DNA of 64,000 nt, taken from Hemiscyllium ocellatum (lineage: Eukaryota). A model generated the notes under the pieces. It ran no database searches. It was not told where the DNA came from and saw only the letters and a list, made by a program, of their open reading frames with translations. The DNA lies in the NCBI RefSeq assembly GCF_020745735.1, contig NC_083429.1, positions 43,753,877 to 43,817,876 on the forward strand, in the 5' to 3' direction. A program made the translations under genes and the position numbers. Of the stretch, positions 1 through 12,174 are shown in pieces (positions within the stretch are counted from its first letter, which is position 1; each line of letters begins with the position of its first letter).

Positions 1-794
1 GCTATTTTAATCAGAGAGTTTGTAAAAGACACAGACTCCGAAACGTCTGGGGTTGAAGGATTTTAGGGCCAAATAGATAAAGGATACTGCCTCAGGCAAC
101 AGACTTTTAAGTTTAAAAAAAACTTGTACAATGAAAGACGAGTGGCCAGCTCTCCCAGCTCAGTTTCTCGCTGGTCTGGCTATTCACTGAAAGCAATCAC
201 GCTGTCGTAAAAGCTGCTGGACCCAAAAGACCCGGGTTCAATTCCCGACTCAGGCGACTGACTGTGTGGAGTTTGCACGTTCTCCCCGTGTCTGCGTGGG
301 TTTCCTCCGGGTGCTCCGGTTTCCTCCCACAGTCACAAAGATGTGCGGGTCAGGTGAATTGGCCATGCTAAATTGCCCATAGTGTTAGGTAAGGGGTAAA
401 CGTAGGGGTATGGGTGGGTTGCGCTTCGGCGGGTCGGTGTGGACTTGTTGGGCCGAAGGGCCTGTTTCCATACTGTAAGTCTAATCTAATCTAATCTCTC
501 TGACATCTCTCCTGTAAGATAGCGCGAAGGGTCAAGTCAAATGCACAAAGTGGTGTTTTTGGGGATTGTTGCAAGTGTTTGGAACAGCATCATTAAATTG
601 GTATAATTTGTTGGGTTTTCAGATAAGTTGTTATTCTGTATTGTTGTCTTTTGTCTGTTTCATTCAGTAATCTTGTAAATAAATTCTGTTTTGTTTGAAA
701 AAAAGTGTTGGGCCAGCTGCATCACTCCTGGAATATCTGCATTACACCTGCTTAAAACAACGAGCAAAGTTAGCGTCTGGCCTGGTCCATAACA
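1..794 (+). mobile_element. LTR-like sequence (probable solo LTR, left end outside window), interrupted by an HE1 SINE
   Basis: Ends in ...CCTGGTCCATAACA (CA terminus) with AATAAA near 678 and a GT-rich flank, as in LTR R/U5; no coding remnants visible. Confidence 0.5.
229..496 (+). mobile_element. HE1 / V-SINE, 5'-truncated
   Basis: B box GGGTTCAATTCCC, V-domain TGTGTGGAGTTTGCACGTTCTCCCCGTGTCTGCGTGGGTTTCCTCCGGG, CR1-like tail ending in (AATCT)n. Confidence 0.9.
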
Positions 795-1365
795 GAGGTC
801 AATTGGCATGCCATACCAGCACCAGCTCATTGCAAGAGGAAACAGAGTTTATCCCATATTTTCATCTCTTCCTCACTGCTCTACAAACATTTCTGACATT
901 TATAACCAACTTATTCAAATGTGTTATGATACTACAGCTGGAGCAGATGGGACTTGAATCCAAACCTCCTGAGCCAGAGGTAGAGATACGACCATTGTGC
1001 CACAACAAACCTCCCTGCAAAAATTTTATTCTTGTATAATTGCCTTATTCTTTTCCATCACACAATCAGACACAGAAGGACCTTGACAGCATAGATGTTA
1101 AGAAAATGCAAAGGATTGGAATCTACACCTAGGAGTTACAGGGTCAAGGTATGGCAACTCTCATTTAAAACAGTAATAAGGAAGATTTATGTTTTTTCTC
1201 AGAGGTTGGTTGATGTTTTGAACAGGCTGGAATTAGACAGATTTTTTAGGAACCAGGTTCTGTTTGGAATGACAAGGCTAAGTTGAACAGATTTTGACGG
1301 AGTTGAGGTTATGAGAGAGCAGGGGTAAATTATATTTTTAGAAAATTGGGGCTATGAGACGGCAG

Positions 1366-1510
1366 ATACAAAAGAAACTGCAGATGCTAGAACCCAAAGC
1401 AGACAAAAAGGAGGCTGGAAGAACACAGGCAGCATCAAGAGGTCGAGAAGTCAATATTTTGGGAATGACTCTTCTTCAGGACTGGAGGTGGAGGTAGGGA
1501 GAGCTACAGT
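1366..1510 (-). mobile_element. Penelope-like pLTR fragment with degenerate hammerhead core
   Basis: AACTGCAGATGCT...GGCAGCATC...CTTCTTCAGGA; the reverse complement reads CTGAAGA-stem-CCAAAA; same layout as other PLE termini in the window. Confidence 0.55.
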
Positions 1511-1640
1511 CGTGGAGTGTGGGGTTAGGGAGAGCAGTGGAACAGTAAGATAGGTTGCACATGTAGTGGGTACAACTGACAAACAGGAAGCTAGACTGAA
1601 TTAGGTCGATTTTTCGGGTGGTCTGGGTTTTTTTTTGGTG

Positions 1641-1960
1641 GGGGGGGTCAGGTTTCTCCTAAAGGGGGGGGGGTGTCAGGGCTCTCCCAAAGTGATGTTG
1701 GATAGGGGTCAGGGCCCTCCTGAAGGGGGCAGGGGGGAAGAGAGGGTGGTCAGGGCTCTCCTGATGTGGGGCGAGGGGGGTCAGGGCTTGCCTGAAGGGG
1801 GGGGGGGAAAGAAGAGAAGAGAGGGCTCAGGGCTCTCCTAAAGTTGGGGTGGGGGAAGAGGGGTCCGGGCTCTCCTGAAGTGAGGGGGGGGGGTGGGGAG
1901 GTCAGGGCTCTCCTGAAAGGGGGGGGTTGGAGGTGAGTCAGGGTTTTTCTCAAGGAGGAG
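1641..1960 (+). repeat. G-rich minisatellite, about 9 units of GGGGTCAGGGCTCTCCTGAAG(G)n
   Basis: Units start near 1641, 1673, 1705, 1748, 1775, 1822, 1860, 1899, 1936 and are separated by G-runs. Confidence 0.85.
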
Positions 1961-1999
1961 GGTGTCAGGCTAAGACAGATTTTTCGGGAGTTGGGGGTA

Positions 2000-3450
2000 A
2001 ATGGAAGGGGGTGGGAGGGTGGCGATGAAGTGGGATTCGGGTCATCGCCAGGTGAGGAATCGGCTCGATGGAAACAAATGGCCTGGGCGCCACGTCAATA
2101 TCCGGGGGGGGGATCTTCGCTCCATTTAAAACCTCGAGAAGGAGCCACAAGTGGGGCCGAGGAGCAGCTTCTACCCTCCGAGTCGGCGGAGGGAGGCCCT
2201 AACCGGCGGGGTCTGGTTTGGTTTGGTTTACCTGCCGGTCTCTCTCTCTGGCCCGGCCTAGCCCAGCCCAGACTGGCCCGGCCCCGGCCTGGCTCCAGCC
2301 AGCCCTCAGGCCGCTCGCATCGTCCCTGCTCCCCGACCGGAAGTCGGTGCCACCCTCACACCGCTCCGCAGACAAACACTTCACCCCCACCTCAAACAAC
2401 CCACCGACCAAACACACACAAACCCAAAATCAACCTCAGCCGCTATCCCCCACCGGCCACGACCACGAAAAAAAAATCCCATCAGCAGCATCTTACATTT
2501 ATTGCCGAACCTGTCAATGCACTCACCTTAAGGGGAGGGAGATGAAAGGATGAATGATTATCGGGCTACAGCATCAAAATTGAGATCGGGGATCGGCCTT
2601 TTAGATAAAAGCTTGCACAGGGAGGATTTAACATTTTATTTTGTTGTGTCTGGACGGCGGTGAAGTTTTGTTCCTGGTAACCGGGGAACGTTTCGCGGAG
2701 ACACCTTCCGGGTCGAAGGTCACGGTGAGTTGCCAGGGGCAACGGCGGCGCCTCAGCTCGGAGCGGCGGCCTCTGGATAAAAGGGTGATCTCCGGTGATG
2801 TTTATTTGTACATTTTCCAACGAACCGGTTTTGTTTATGTTTTAACTGAAGTCGTGGGTAAACGAAGTTAAAAGGGGGGGGGAAGATTGTCGGGCAAAGA
2901 CAAACATTTATTTTCCCTCACAGCGAGTGGTCAGGGTCAGGAGACGGGCTGGAGGCGGGCTGCTCTCCCGAGGCGGTATTTATGGAGACATTGACCCTCT
3001 ATTTGGGACAGAAATGCGGCGCAGGGATTCGGGGAAAGTGCAGGAGGTTGGCACGAGGTAATCGGACCAGTACGGGGAAGCTGGGCCGAATGGCCGCCCT
3101 CCGCCCCAACCAATTGTTTGATTCCCTTCAGGGTCCCCATGCCCCATCTCTGGAGAAGGTAGGGCTTTGAACCCAAGCCCTTTATCCCAGAGGTAAGGAC
3201 ACTACCACCACAGCCCTCCGAAATTTATTTATATTTTTGATTAAATCTTCGGATTTTGAGCTGATGCAGGTTTCCTTTCCACTCTCTCGCCGTTTCTCAT
3301 TGGACTAAAGCTTAACCTATCAGGAGCGCGCATCTCGATCCTCCGTCCTGTGATTGGCTCAAAATAAATCGGCCGCCACCCACCCTCATTGTGACTGGTT
3401 GTCACGGAGCCAATCAGATCGCTGGTGGGATTCCCGTGGTCTCACTCCCT
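2000..3450. promoter_or_regulatory. CpG island / probable bidirectional promoter for PIH1D2 (+) and NKAPD1 (-)
   Basis: High CpG/GC content; divergent splice donors (- strand AAG|GTGAGT at 2527/2526, + strand ACG|GTGAGT at 2724/2725); ETS-type CTTCCGG at 2705-2711; CCAAT boxes at 3299, 3353, 3410; human gene order is NKAPD1-PIH1D2 head-to-head. Confidence 0.65.
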
Positions 3451-3505
3451 GATGGTGTGTGTCACCAAGGGGCTAACCCAGGAACTGACCCTTGACAGGC
3501 TTTTA

Positions 3506-3992
3506 TCACACAACACCAGGTTATAGTCCAACAGGTTTAGTTGGAAGCACTAGCTTTTGGAACGCTGCTCCTTCATCAGGATGCTCCAAAAGCTAGTGTG
3601 CTTCCAATTAAACCTGTTGGACTATAACCGGGTGTTGTGTGATTTTTAACTTTGTACACCTTAACTTTGTGGGCGGCACGGTGGCACAGTGGTTGGCACT
3701 GCTGCCTCACAGTGCCAGAGACCCGGGTTCAATTCCCGCCTCAGGCGACTGACTGTGTGGAGTTTGCACGTTCTCCCCGTGTCTGCGTGGGTTTCCTCCG
3801 GGTGCTCCGGTTTCCTCCCACAGTCCAAAGATGTGCGGGTCAGGTGAATTGGCCATGCTAAATTGCCCGTAGGGTTAGCGAAGGGGTAAATGTATGGGTG
3901 GGTTGCGGGTCGGTGTGGACTTGTTGGGCAAAAGGCCTATTTCCACACTGTAAGTAATCTAACCTCAGTCCAACACCGGCATCTCCAAATCA
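3506..3992. mobile_element. PLE-derived foldback element (family B) carrying a hammerhead-like core, with an HE1 SINE inserted near its end
   Basis: Inverted arms CACACAACACCAGGTTATAGTCCAACAGG / CCTGTTGGACTATAACCGGGTGTTGTGTG; - strand CTGATGAAGGAGCAGCGTTCCAAAAGCTAG; element resumes after the SINE at 3966 (CAGTCCAACACCGGCATCTCC). Confidence 0.75.
3671..3962 (+). mobile_element. HE1 / V-SINE, near full length
   Basis: tRNA-derived head with A box TGGCACAGTGG and B box GGTTCAATTCCC, V-domain, CR1-like tail. Confidence 0.92.
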
Positions 3993-4599
3993 GTCTTTTT
4001 TGTCTCCTTTCCGTTACCGACCCCCCCCCCCGCCCTTTCAATAATCCAATCAGGCATTCAGGAGAAACATCTTCAGGCCTGTTTGGAATGGGGATGGGAA
4101 TTAACTCAGTACCTCAAAAAAACAAATGAGGTGAATTAGGACAGAAGGATTTTAGAGAAAACCGTGTTGTAAAGAGCTGATGCTATTCCAGATTGCATTA
4201 TCAATGATGTAGAATACCAAATGAAAGCAACATTCTCCTCGAGCTATATTTGTAAATGGTTAGTAACTACATTTAATTCAAACAACTTCAAACGGGCCAG
4301 CTTCCAGCAACCTCCACTGACAAGAATCAAGGCACAACTTCCCCTGAGATCCACTGAAATGATAACAGAAAATCTACATAAATGCACGAGCAGAAAACAG
4401 TACAAGAACACACTGTGAAATGATAGTAGTCGCTTTTAAAATCGATTAATCTTCGTAACAAAGTATAATACCTGGAGTGTGATGGATTTGCATTAAGCAA
4501 ATTTTCACATGTACTTTATAATATCTAAATGATTTTAACATTTACTCTCAGAATAGATATTATTTCAATTATTGCTTAGAACAAGTACTGATAATAATC

Positions 4600-5140
4600 A
4601 AAAAGGCTAATGAAATCCACAAAGGGTGAGACGTTATTCTTTAGCTGTACAAACTCCTGCTCACTAGAATACACCTGGAACACTATGATTAGTTCTGGTC
4701 AACACACTTTATGCAGGATATTTTGTTTTGGAAAGAGTATAGCTAAAGTTTATACCTAGACTCCACTGATTAAATTATGAAGGGAGATGACAAGTTGTAT
4801 TCTCTGGAATTTCAAAGTTTAAGCCGTGGTTTAATTGAAAGCTTCAAGGTATTAATGGCACCAGTTTAGGAAGATAAAAAGTGTTTCTGCTGGTGGAAGT
4901 TTAGGAGCAGAAACTTAAAATTTATTTCCAAACCTTTCAAGAGTAAATGGGGCTAACACTTCAACACACACTGACTGGTAGAAGTATGGAAATCTTGCCT
5001 GCAATTGGAAGCTGATGTTCCATTTATTTTAAAACTTAGACTGCATTTTTTGTTAACCTGAGGCTATAGAACTAGGTTGCAGATCAGCCTTGTTCTCATT
5101 GACTAAAGTCCCAAGGGACTAAATGAGAACTCCTGTTCTT
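4600..5140 (+). mobile_element. old CR1 LINE 3' fragment
   Basis: Degenerate match to the ORF2 C-terminus and 3' UTR of other CR1 copies (CACCTGGAACACTATGATTAGTTCTGG..., CTCCTGTTCTT). Confidence 0.55.
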
Positions 5141-5171
5141 GTGCTCCATTGCAATGTACCATATATTAGGC

Positions 5172-6128
5172 TTTTAAGGTTTGCGCAAAGATTTCTAGCT
5201 TGGGGGCTGGTTGTTCTAGTTGTGGGTATGTTCACTGAGGTGGGAAATTCATTTGCAGACGTTCATCCCCTGTCGAGGTAACATCTTCAGTGCTTTGGAG
5301 CTTCGTGTGAAGCGCTGCTGTACTGTGTCTTCTGCAATTTATTTGGTTCCATTCTTGCTGTATCCAGTTGCCGGTTCTGGTTGTTCATTGTAATGGTCGG
5401 TATATTGGATCTAGGTCTACATGTTTGTTGATGGAGACCATGGATGAGTGCTATGCTTCTAGAAATTCTCTGGCTGTCCTTTGTTTAGCTTGTCCTATGA
5501 CCATTGTGTTGGCCCAGTCGAATTTGTGGTCCGTGCCATCTATTCTGTATGGCTACTAGGGACAGTTGGTCATGGCGTTTAGTGGCTAGTTGGTGTTCAT
5601 GGATGCACATTGCTAGTTGTCTGCCTTTGTCCTAGATAGTATTTTGTACAATTTTTGCACAGAATCTTGTAAATTATTTTTGTCTTATACATGATGGATA
5701 TATGGGATTCCATTCTGATGAGTTGTTGTCTGAACATGGCTGCCGGTTTATGGGTTGTCATAAAACGAGTGGTCAGAGAAGTCTGGCTGTCAGTTCTGAG
5801 ATTTTTTTATATATAAGATAGCTTAGCTAGTGAGTTAAGTCATTGCATGTTTGTCTGTTAGGCATCTGCAGATGAAGTTGCAAGGATATCCTTTCTTGGC
5901 AAAGATTCTGTAGAGCTGAAAATGTGTTGCTGGTTAAAGCACAGCAGGTCAGGCAGCATCCAAGGAACAGGAAATTCGACATTTCGGGCCAGAGCCCTGT
6001 AGAGGCATTCTTCGTCTTTTCATAGGTTGGGTGTGCTATTGTGTGTGGTGGTGTTTTTGAATGGGGTCCTAATAATGCAGTTTCTCATGTGTGTTCAGAT
6101 GGTTGCTTTTGCAGTTCAGGATCTGTTA
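5172..6128 (-). mobile_element. Penelope-like retroelement fragment (GIY-YIG endonuclease remnant plus pLTR, family C)
   Basis: - strand translation near 5570-5690 gives IIYKILCKNCTKYYLGQ/GRQLAMCIHEHQLATKRHD (GIY-YIG, one frameshift); pLTR with CTGAAGATGTTACC...GAACGTC at about 5276-5291. Confidence 0.8.
5913..5997. mobile_element. short PLE-derived insert (family A) nested in the PLE
   Basis: GCTGAAAATGTGTTGCTGGTTAAAGCACAGCAGG...GGGCCAGAGCCC, near-identical to the 17223 and 34783 copies; flanked by duplicated CTGTAGAG. Confidence 0.8.
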
Positions 6129-6521
6129 GGTCTGTTATGATAGCATGTGAGCTGTAAAGTATGCAATGAAATAATATTGCATGTAAACACATTGCATGTT
6201 ATTGTCAATCTTGTTAAAATAGATCCCATCTATTGCATATAATGTAATTATGCTTTTAGAAGTGGAAGAATAATGCAAGGCAAAACAAAATAATGTTTCT
6301 AATAATTATTTGTTAGAAACATATTAGAAGTAGACTACAGCTCCTTGAAGCTCTTCAGCATTCAATAAGGTTATAGCCAATCTTCTGTCTCAACTCCACT
6401 TTGTTAACTGTAAGTCAGTCAGATCCTGGAGTCTACTCCACCAGTCAAGTAGATCATGGTTGGTCACTGCCTCAACACCATTCTTCCTCCACTATTCTCA
6501 CATCACTTGATATTTTTACTA

Positions 6522-6737
6522 CAGAACATTCTGCTATAGCACGTGTTTCATTAATGTAAATTCGCTCCAACATGATTGATAAATTGGAGTCACTGTTTCT
6601 AAAGCACAAACTTTTAAAACATGTTTTAGCTGTAATGCAATTACATCACCAACACTTTAAGCACTGTTTCTAAAGTGTGATTTTTCTATAACGCAGGGTC
6701 GCACACGAACACAACCAACACCTTATAGAACTACCTG
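6522..6737. mobile_element. Tigger/pogo-like non-autonomous DNA transposon inserted in an old - strand CR1 fragment (about 6315-7170)
   Basis: TA|CAG...CTATAG and CTTATAGAACTACCTG|TA ends (imperfect TIRs, TA duplication). Confidence 0.55.
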
Positions 6738-7490
6738 TATTTCTAAATTTATTCATCTGTCTTGAATACAGTAATACATAATAACTGAGTGTCTGCAATC
6801 CTTGGGAGCAGAGAATGCTGAAGACGAACTACCTTCTAAATTATGAGATTTGTTCCTCATCCAAATGCTCAATGGCCAACTGCTTATTGATTGTTCCCGC
6901 TGGTTCAAGACTCCCCAGTCCAGAGCAATAACCTACATCTACCCTGTTTAGCTTTCTAAGAATTTTGGAAACTTAATTTTTCTGGAGAATACACATTCAA
7001 TTTCTTCAAATTCTCTTCATAACACAATCTGGGAATTGGTCTGGTGAGCTTTGGTGCTTTCACTTTATAATAACTATATTCTACTTTCGGTAAAATGACA
7101 ACTGTAGATAACACCCTAGATGCCGTCTCACCAAGGCTGTATACAGTTGCTGCAAATATCTTTATATTAGGAGGACCTGAGTTCAGAAGTCAAGGCCAAT
7201 TTGGTGAACAGTATGCAAATACTGAACATGAGCTAGGTAGGGATTCATTAATGCCCCTATAAAGAGGAACAGTTTGGAACCATGTTGCATTATGAAGTGC
7301 ACGTTTGTGTGATTAACTGCTTATAAAATATGTAAATACTAGGTCCAGTTGTATCCTTTATTCACCTAGCTTTCTGGAATGTGGCAAACTTTCCTGTCTT
7401 CATTTTAACTAGGTCGCAGAACATGTGCCCCACTAAAACCCTCCAGCACACAAGTTTAAGGAAGACTTTAACTGTGAGTTCACAGTAGCA

Positions 7491-7673
7491 ATGACAGCTA
7501 AACAGTGTGAAAAGGTGATGTTGCAGCAGGTAAATCAACTGTGGGATCTGCTGGATGATATGTCTGAAAACAACCCCGAAGCATATCAGAAATTCATCCA
7601 GCATCATCTAGAAGAGGGGATGAAGCAGTTCAGTCTACCAGAGGCTCACATCTGCTTTCAGACAAGAATATTG
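7491..7673 (+). CDS. PIH1D2: PIH1 domain-containing protein 2, coding exon 1 (acceptor probably at 7412/7413)
   Basis: MTAKQCEKVMLQQVNQLWDLLDDMSENNPEAYQKFIQHHLEEG...FQTRIL resembles human PIH1D2 QFWNLLDDLAQSDPEGYEKFIQ...QTRIL; donor TTG|GTACAG, phase 0. Confidence 0.92.
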
Positions 7674-7951
7674 GTACAGTATCTATTAGTTTTAGCACCT
7701 GACATTTTATTATCACATGTGGCACAAGGACTCTTTTTTACTACTTTAACCTTCTGAATTTTGATGCAAATTTAAATTAAATGATTAGAAAATTAGTGAC
7801 AAATTTACTATCTGCAGAACCTGCATATACACAATTGCAATATTGATACACTTTAAAAACAGAAGAATGCAACACCATTTCTTTAGAAATGTCACTTTTA
7901 TATAACTTACCCATCCACTCCAGATGCTGTAAAATACTTTGCATCCAAAGT

Positions 7952-8153
7952 CGAGGGTGTGATGCTGGAAAAGCACAACAGGTCAGGCAGTATCAGAGGA
8001 GCAGAAGAATTGACGTTTCAGACATAAGTCCTTCATCAGGAATCATGCCAGAAACGTTGATTTTTCTGCTCCTCGGATGCTGCCTGACCTTTTGTGCTTT
8101 TCCAGCACCACACTCTCAACTCTGATCTCAGCATCTGCAATCGTCACTTTCTC
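7952..8153. mobile_element. PLE-derived foldback element (family A) with hammerhead core
   Basis: Inverted arms; - strand CTGATGAAGGACTTATGTCTGAAACGTC at 8012-8039; flanked by TACTTTGCATCCAAAG / TACTTTGCAACCAAGG. Confidence 0.8.
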
Positions 8154-8190
8154 TACTTTGCAACCAAGGTGTGGCCATTATTATTAATAC

Positions 8191-9277
8191 ACTTGGATAC
8201 AGAACTGGCTCAAAGGTAGAAGACAGAGGGTGGTGGTGGAGGGTTGTTTTTCAGACTGGAGGCCTGTGACCAGTGGAGTGCCACAAGGATCGGTGCTGGG
8301 TCCTCTACTTTTTGTCATTTACATAAATGATTTGGATGCAAGCATAAGTGGTAAAGTTAGTAAGTTTGCAGATGACACCAAAATTGGAGGTGTAGTGGAC
8401 AGCGAAGAGAATTACCTCAGATTACAACAAGATCTGGACCAGATGGGCCAATGGGCTGAGAAGTGGCAGATGGAGTTTAATTCAGATAAATGCGAGGTGC
8501 TGCATTTTGGGAAAGCAAATCTTAGCAGGACTTATACACTTAATGGTAAGGTCCTAGAGAGTGTTGCTGAACAAAGAGATCTTGGGGTGAAGGTTCATAG
8601 CTCCTTGAAAGTGGGGTCGCAGGTAGATAGGATAGTGAAGACCATGTTTGGTATGCTTTCCTTCATTGGTCAGAGTATTGAGTACAGGAGTTGGGAGGTC
8701 ATGTTGCAGCTGTAAAGGACATTAGTTAGGCCACTGTTGGAATATTGCATGCAATTCTGGTCTCCTTCCTATTGGAAAGATGTTGTGAAACTTGAAAGGG
8801 TTCAGAAAAGATTTACAAGGATGTTGCTAGGGTTGGAGGATCTGAGCGTCAGGGAGAGGCTGAACAGGCTGGGGCTGTTTTCCCTGGAGCGTCGGAGGCT
8901 GAGGGGTGACCTTATTGAGGTTTACAAAATTATGAGGGGCGTAGATAGGATAAATAGACAAAGTCTTTTCCCTGGGATCAGGGAGCTCAGAACTAGAGGG
9001 CAAAGGTTTAGGGTGAGAGGGTAAAGATATAAAAGAGACCTAAGGGGCAACCTTTTCACGCAGAGGGTGGTACATGAATGGAATGAGCTGCCAGAGGATG
9101 TGGTGGAGGCTGGTACAATTGCAACATTTAAGAGGCATTTGAATGGGTATACGAAGAGGAAGGGTTTGGAGGGATATGGGGCAGGTGCTGGCAGGTGGGA
9201 TTAGATTGGGTTGGGATATCTGGTCGGCATGGACGGGTTGGACTGAAGAGTCTGTTTCCATGCTGTACATCTCTACG
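8191..9277 (+). mobile_element. CR1/HER1 LINE, 5'-truncated (RT C-terminal half plus 3' UTR)
   Basis: ORFs 8230-8715 ([19 protein letters not shown]) and 8737-9024; 3' end GCTGTACATCTCTA. Confidence 0.95.
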
Positions 9278-9710
9278 AAGCCAAACACAGTAGCACATCT
9301 ACACACAGCAGTATCCCACAAACAGCAAAATGAACGAATGGCTGGACAAGCTATTTCTGATGTTGAGGGCTACATATTGGCTTTGGCTTGGACACAGGCT
9401 GATCTTCCTGCTTCCTTGTAGAAAATACACATTTCATATTTTAAACTTAAATGTTAGGTTGTGCTCAGAATCTTTAAACCATCTCCAAAATCCAATTTGG
9501 GATGAGTGGATTAAACAAAATGAATTGGATTATATGTGTTCACATAATTGACTCAAATAGTTTGCATCTCAATTTTAACATAAAAGGTGTGTGTTAGAGA
9601 TCAAAATAATTTTATAAATTGAATTTAGAACATTTGTTAATTCTGCAGACAGCCTTTCCATTGCAAGCTCACAACAATCAATGAGCAATCATTCAATTTT
9701 TCTCTTCCAG

Positions 9711-9834
9711 GAATTGAATGAGAAGTTGCTGTATGTGAATCTTTGCACCTGGAGTAGGGTCCCTGCTCCAAAGTCAAAATCAGATCCAGTGCCTCTTGCT
9801 GGAGGGAGGTTGGAGGAAACTGTAGAGGGCAGAG
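9711..9834 (+). CDS. PIH1D2: PIH1D2 coding exon 2
   Basis: TTCCAG|GAA...ELNEKLLYVNLCTWSRVPAPKSKSDPVPLAGGRLEETVEGR G|GTAGGC; resembles human KILFINLCQWTRIPAP; missed by the ORF track. Confidence 0.92.
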
Positions 9835-10399
9835 GTAGGCAGTGAGAAAAGGTTTGTATTTCTGAATGTTATTAAGTCTCATTTAACATCTCAAAACTAT
9901 TTGACAGACATTAAGAGCTTTGCACCTGCCACTCATGGGCATATTTGTTCCAGAGAGATCAATGGACAGAGACGAGGCAAGGGAATCTCCATTAACCGAG
10001 GACATACAATAGTATTGAACACAAATAATTCTCCCCGTGACTTGGACAACATCAGTTCCTCAGTCACCACCAAAGTTATTATTTATGGAATTGTCTTGCT
10101 TGAAAAATTATTGAAATAAGCTATCAGACAAACATGTCTAAGTAATGTACTTTTCAATGTTTCTGAAGGATACAATGAGAGCACAACAAATTTAGGACAT
10201 CATTTTCATTTACTGTGGTTCACTTCATGGTATGTACTGAAGAGAACAGCATCTGCAACAACCTGGGCTTTGGTCCCTCTATCCCTAAAGTTTGGGGATG
10301 ATGTACACCGACCAAAGCACAAGAATTGTTCTTCAATCTTGCTGTAGAGGAGTGAGTTACTTTGACTATTTAGTTTTTGATTCCTTTTCTCTTCTGCAG

Positions 10400-10932
10400 A
10401 GATTTATTCTGTTACCGATGTTGCATACAACCCAGAGGTCCTTAAGGAAGGAAATGAAGATCCTGTGGAAAAGGACCAATTGATTCGTTTAGCTATGAAA
10501 TATATTGAAGAGCAGCATTGCACGCACCTATCATATTCTTACACCCTACTGAAAGACAAACTAAAAGGAAGTAAAAAACAGATGAAGCTACGACTGACTG
10601 GAAAGGCTGATCCTATGCAAACTGCAAAGCACATGTCACCTGAAGAAAGTGGTGCCTCATTGCTTCAGCAACTGGCAATGCTGAAATCAGCAGACAAGGA
10701 AAGTGAAGATGATAATCCCCAAATTTGTTTGTTGAGTAGTATCAAACACCCTAAAAAGCCAGGACTCATTGAAGAGATTTCAAGTACAGAATTTCAGAGT
10801 GGTAAAGTAGAGACTCCAAAATATAAATTATTGCTCGTGAAAGATGGAAATGAAAAGACAAAAATAATTCAACTGAAGATAGAGCTGCCTGGAGTATTCT
10901 CTGTCAAAGAATGTGATCTCAGTGTTTCAAAG
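10400..10932 (+). CDS. PIH1D2: PIH1D2 coding exon 3
   Basis: CTGCAG|AG; IYSVTDVAYNPEVL...LIEEISST...LKIELPGVFSVKECDLSVSK; donor AAG|GTATAT; phases consistent. Confidence 0.95.
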
Positions 10933-12174
10933 GTATATGCTAGCTGTAATCCTATGAACATTGATTATGCATTCTCTGTTTAACAATATCACAAATTACT
11001 GATTTGGAACACCATAGACTAAATTCATTTTCTCATTTGTACATACAAGACAAAACTCATGGAAGAAGGCTTTCCCAGTGGCCTACCTAATTTATTTCCA
11101 TTTACTATCCTACGGACAGATTAGCCAGTGATTTGTATTATTGTTGGAGCAATGGTTGATATATCTTCCCAACAGTCAGTGTACTCAAAGTATTTCAACA
11201 TGTGAAATATTCCTTTGCCTTAATAAGAAGCTATAAAAATATAAACAAAGTTTTTGTTGATTTGTTAAAGTAGCAATTGTGACACAGAAATTGCAGTAGA
11301 CTACGTGATCCAACATCAACCAACCTCAGGAGTGGTAGGGTACAGATTTCACACAGATTGGTCATTCAAACATGAAGCTATATGTCTATGCTAAGCAGAG
11401 CGCTGGGCTGGAAAACTAAACAGCCCTGAACTATCACTTCTAAGATCTGGGCTCAAATCAGATCAAACTGGTAATATGTATCTCATTTGAATTGAGGCTA
11501 AACAATTCTAGCCTAATTATTAATCATACTAAGATACCATCGGCTTATTATGTATCTGTTAGGTTGGAAGATCTTAAATTGACAGACATATTGGATCCAA
11601 AAGCAGACTATAAAGGCAACTGGATAAATAATCTCAATCAATGTCCTGGTCGATTGTTGAAAAAAAAATAGGAAATCGTCAGACTCATGCTCAAATGTGA
11701 GGTGCAGCAGAGTGGAGGGAACTTCACCACTGCAGTGTGTTTTTTAAACTCTGCTTGCTGCCAATACCAGTTGCAGAAAATAGAAAATGTTCCGTTTTCC
11801 AGCATTAACATCATTCACTATGATAAGCATTAAAAAACCCACTCTTTCGCTGGCTTAAAGTACCAGTGGCAGAAACATGGGAGAAATTGTATAACCTCTC
11901 TCCTCAGACAGTGCACAGTATGAAATATTACAAAAGGGAGAATAAATTTGGTTTTGAATGATGTGTATATTTGGTGCTCCAATTCAGGGTTTTGTAAATA
12001 ACAGTAAAATGGTTGAGGCATGATAAAGGTGATTTTTGATTTGGAATTTGCTATGTGGAACAAGTGTTTTTCACTCTTGCATATTCCTGTTTATAGATGA
12101 ATCATCTTATTCAATATTTACAAACTACATTGCTTGATTTATTCTTTCATTGGATTAGTCATTGTGACAAGGCT

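Noticed and set aside
1641-1960. Repeat-spacer pattern resembling a CRISPR array
   Set aside because: Eukaryotic context, degenerate repeats, G-run spacers and no cas genes
1635-3176. Several overlapping GC-rich ORFs (for example 1991-2545, 184 aa)
   Set aside because: Low-complexity Gly/Pro/Arg translations of a minisatellite and CpG island, with no recognisable domain and no resemblance to NKAPD1
3671-3745. tRNA-like sequence with A and B boxes
   Set aside because: It is the head of an HE1 SINE that continues into the V-domain; not a tRNA gene
11395-11735. Possible ancient LF-SINE-like element in PIH1D2 intron 3
   Set aside because: Only a faint resemblance in the tRNA-like head; too diverged to support without an alignment
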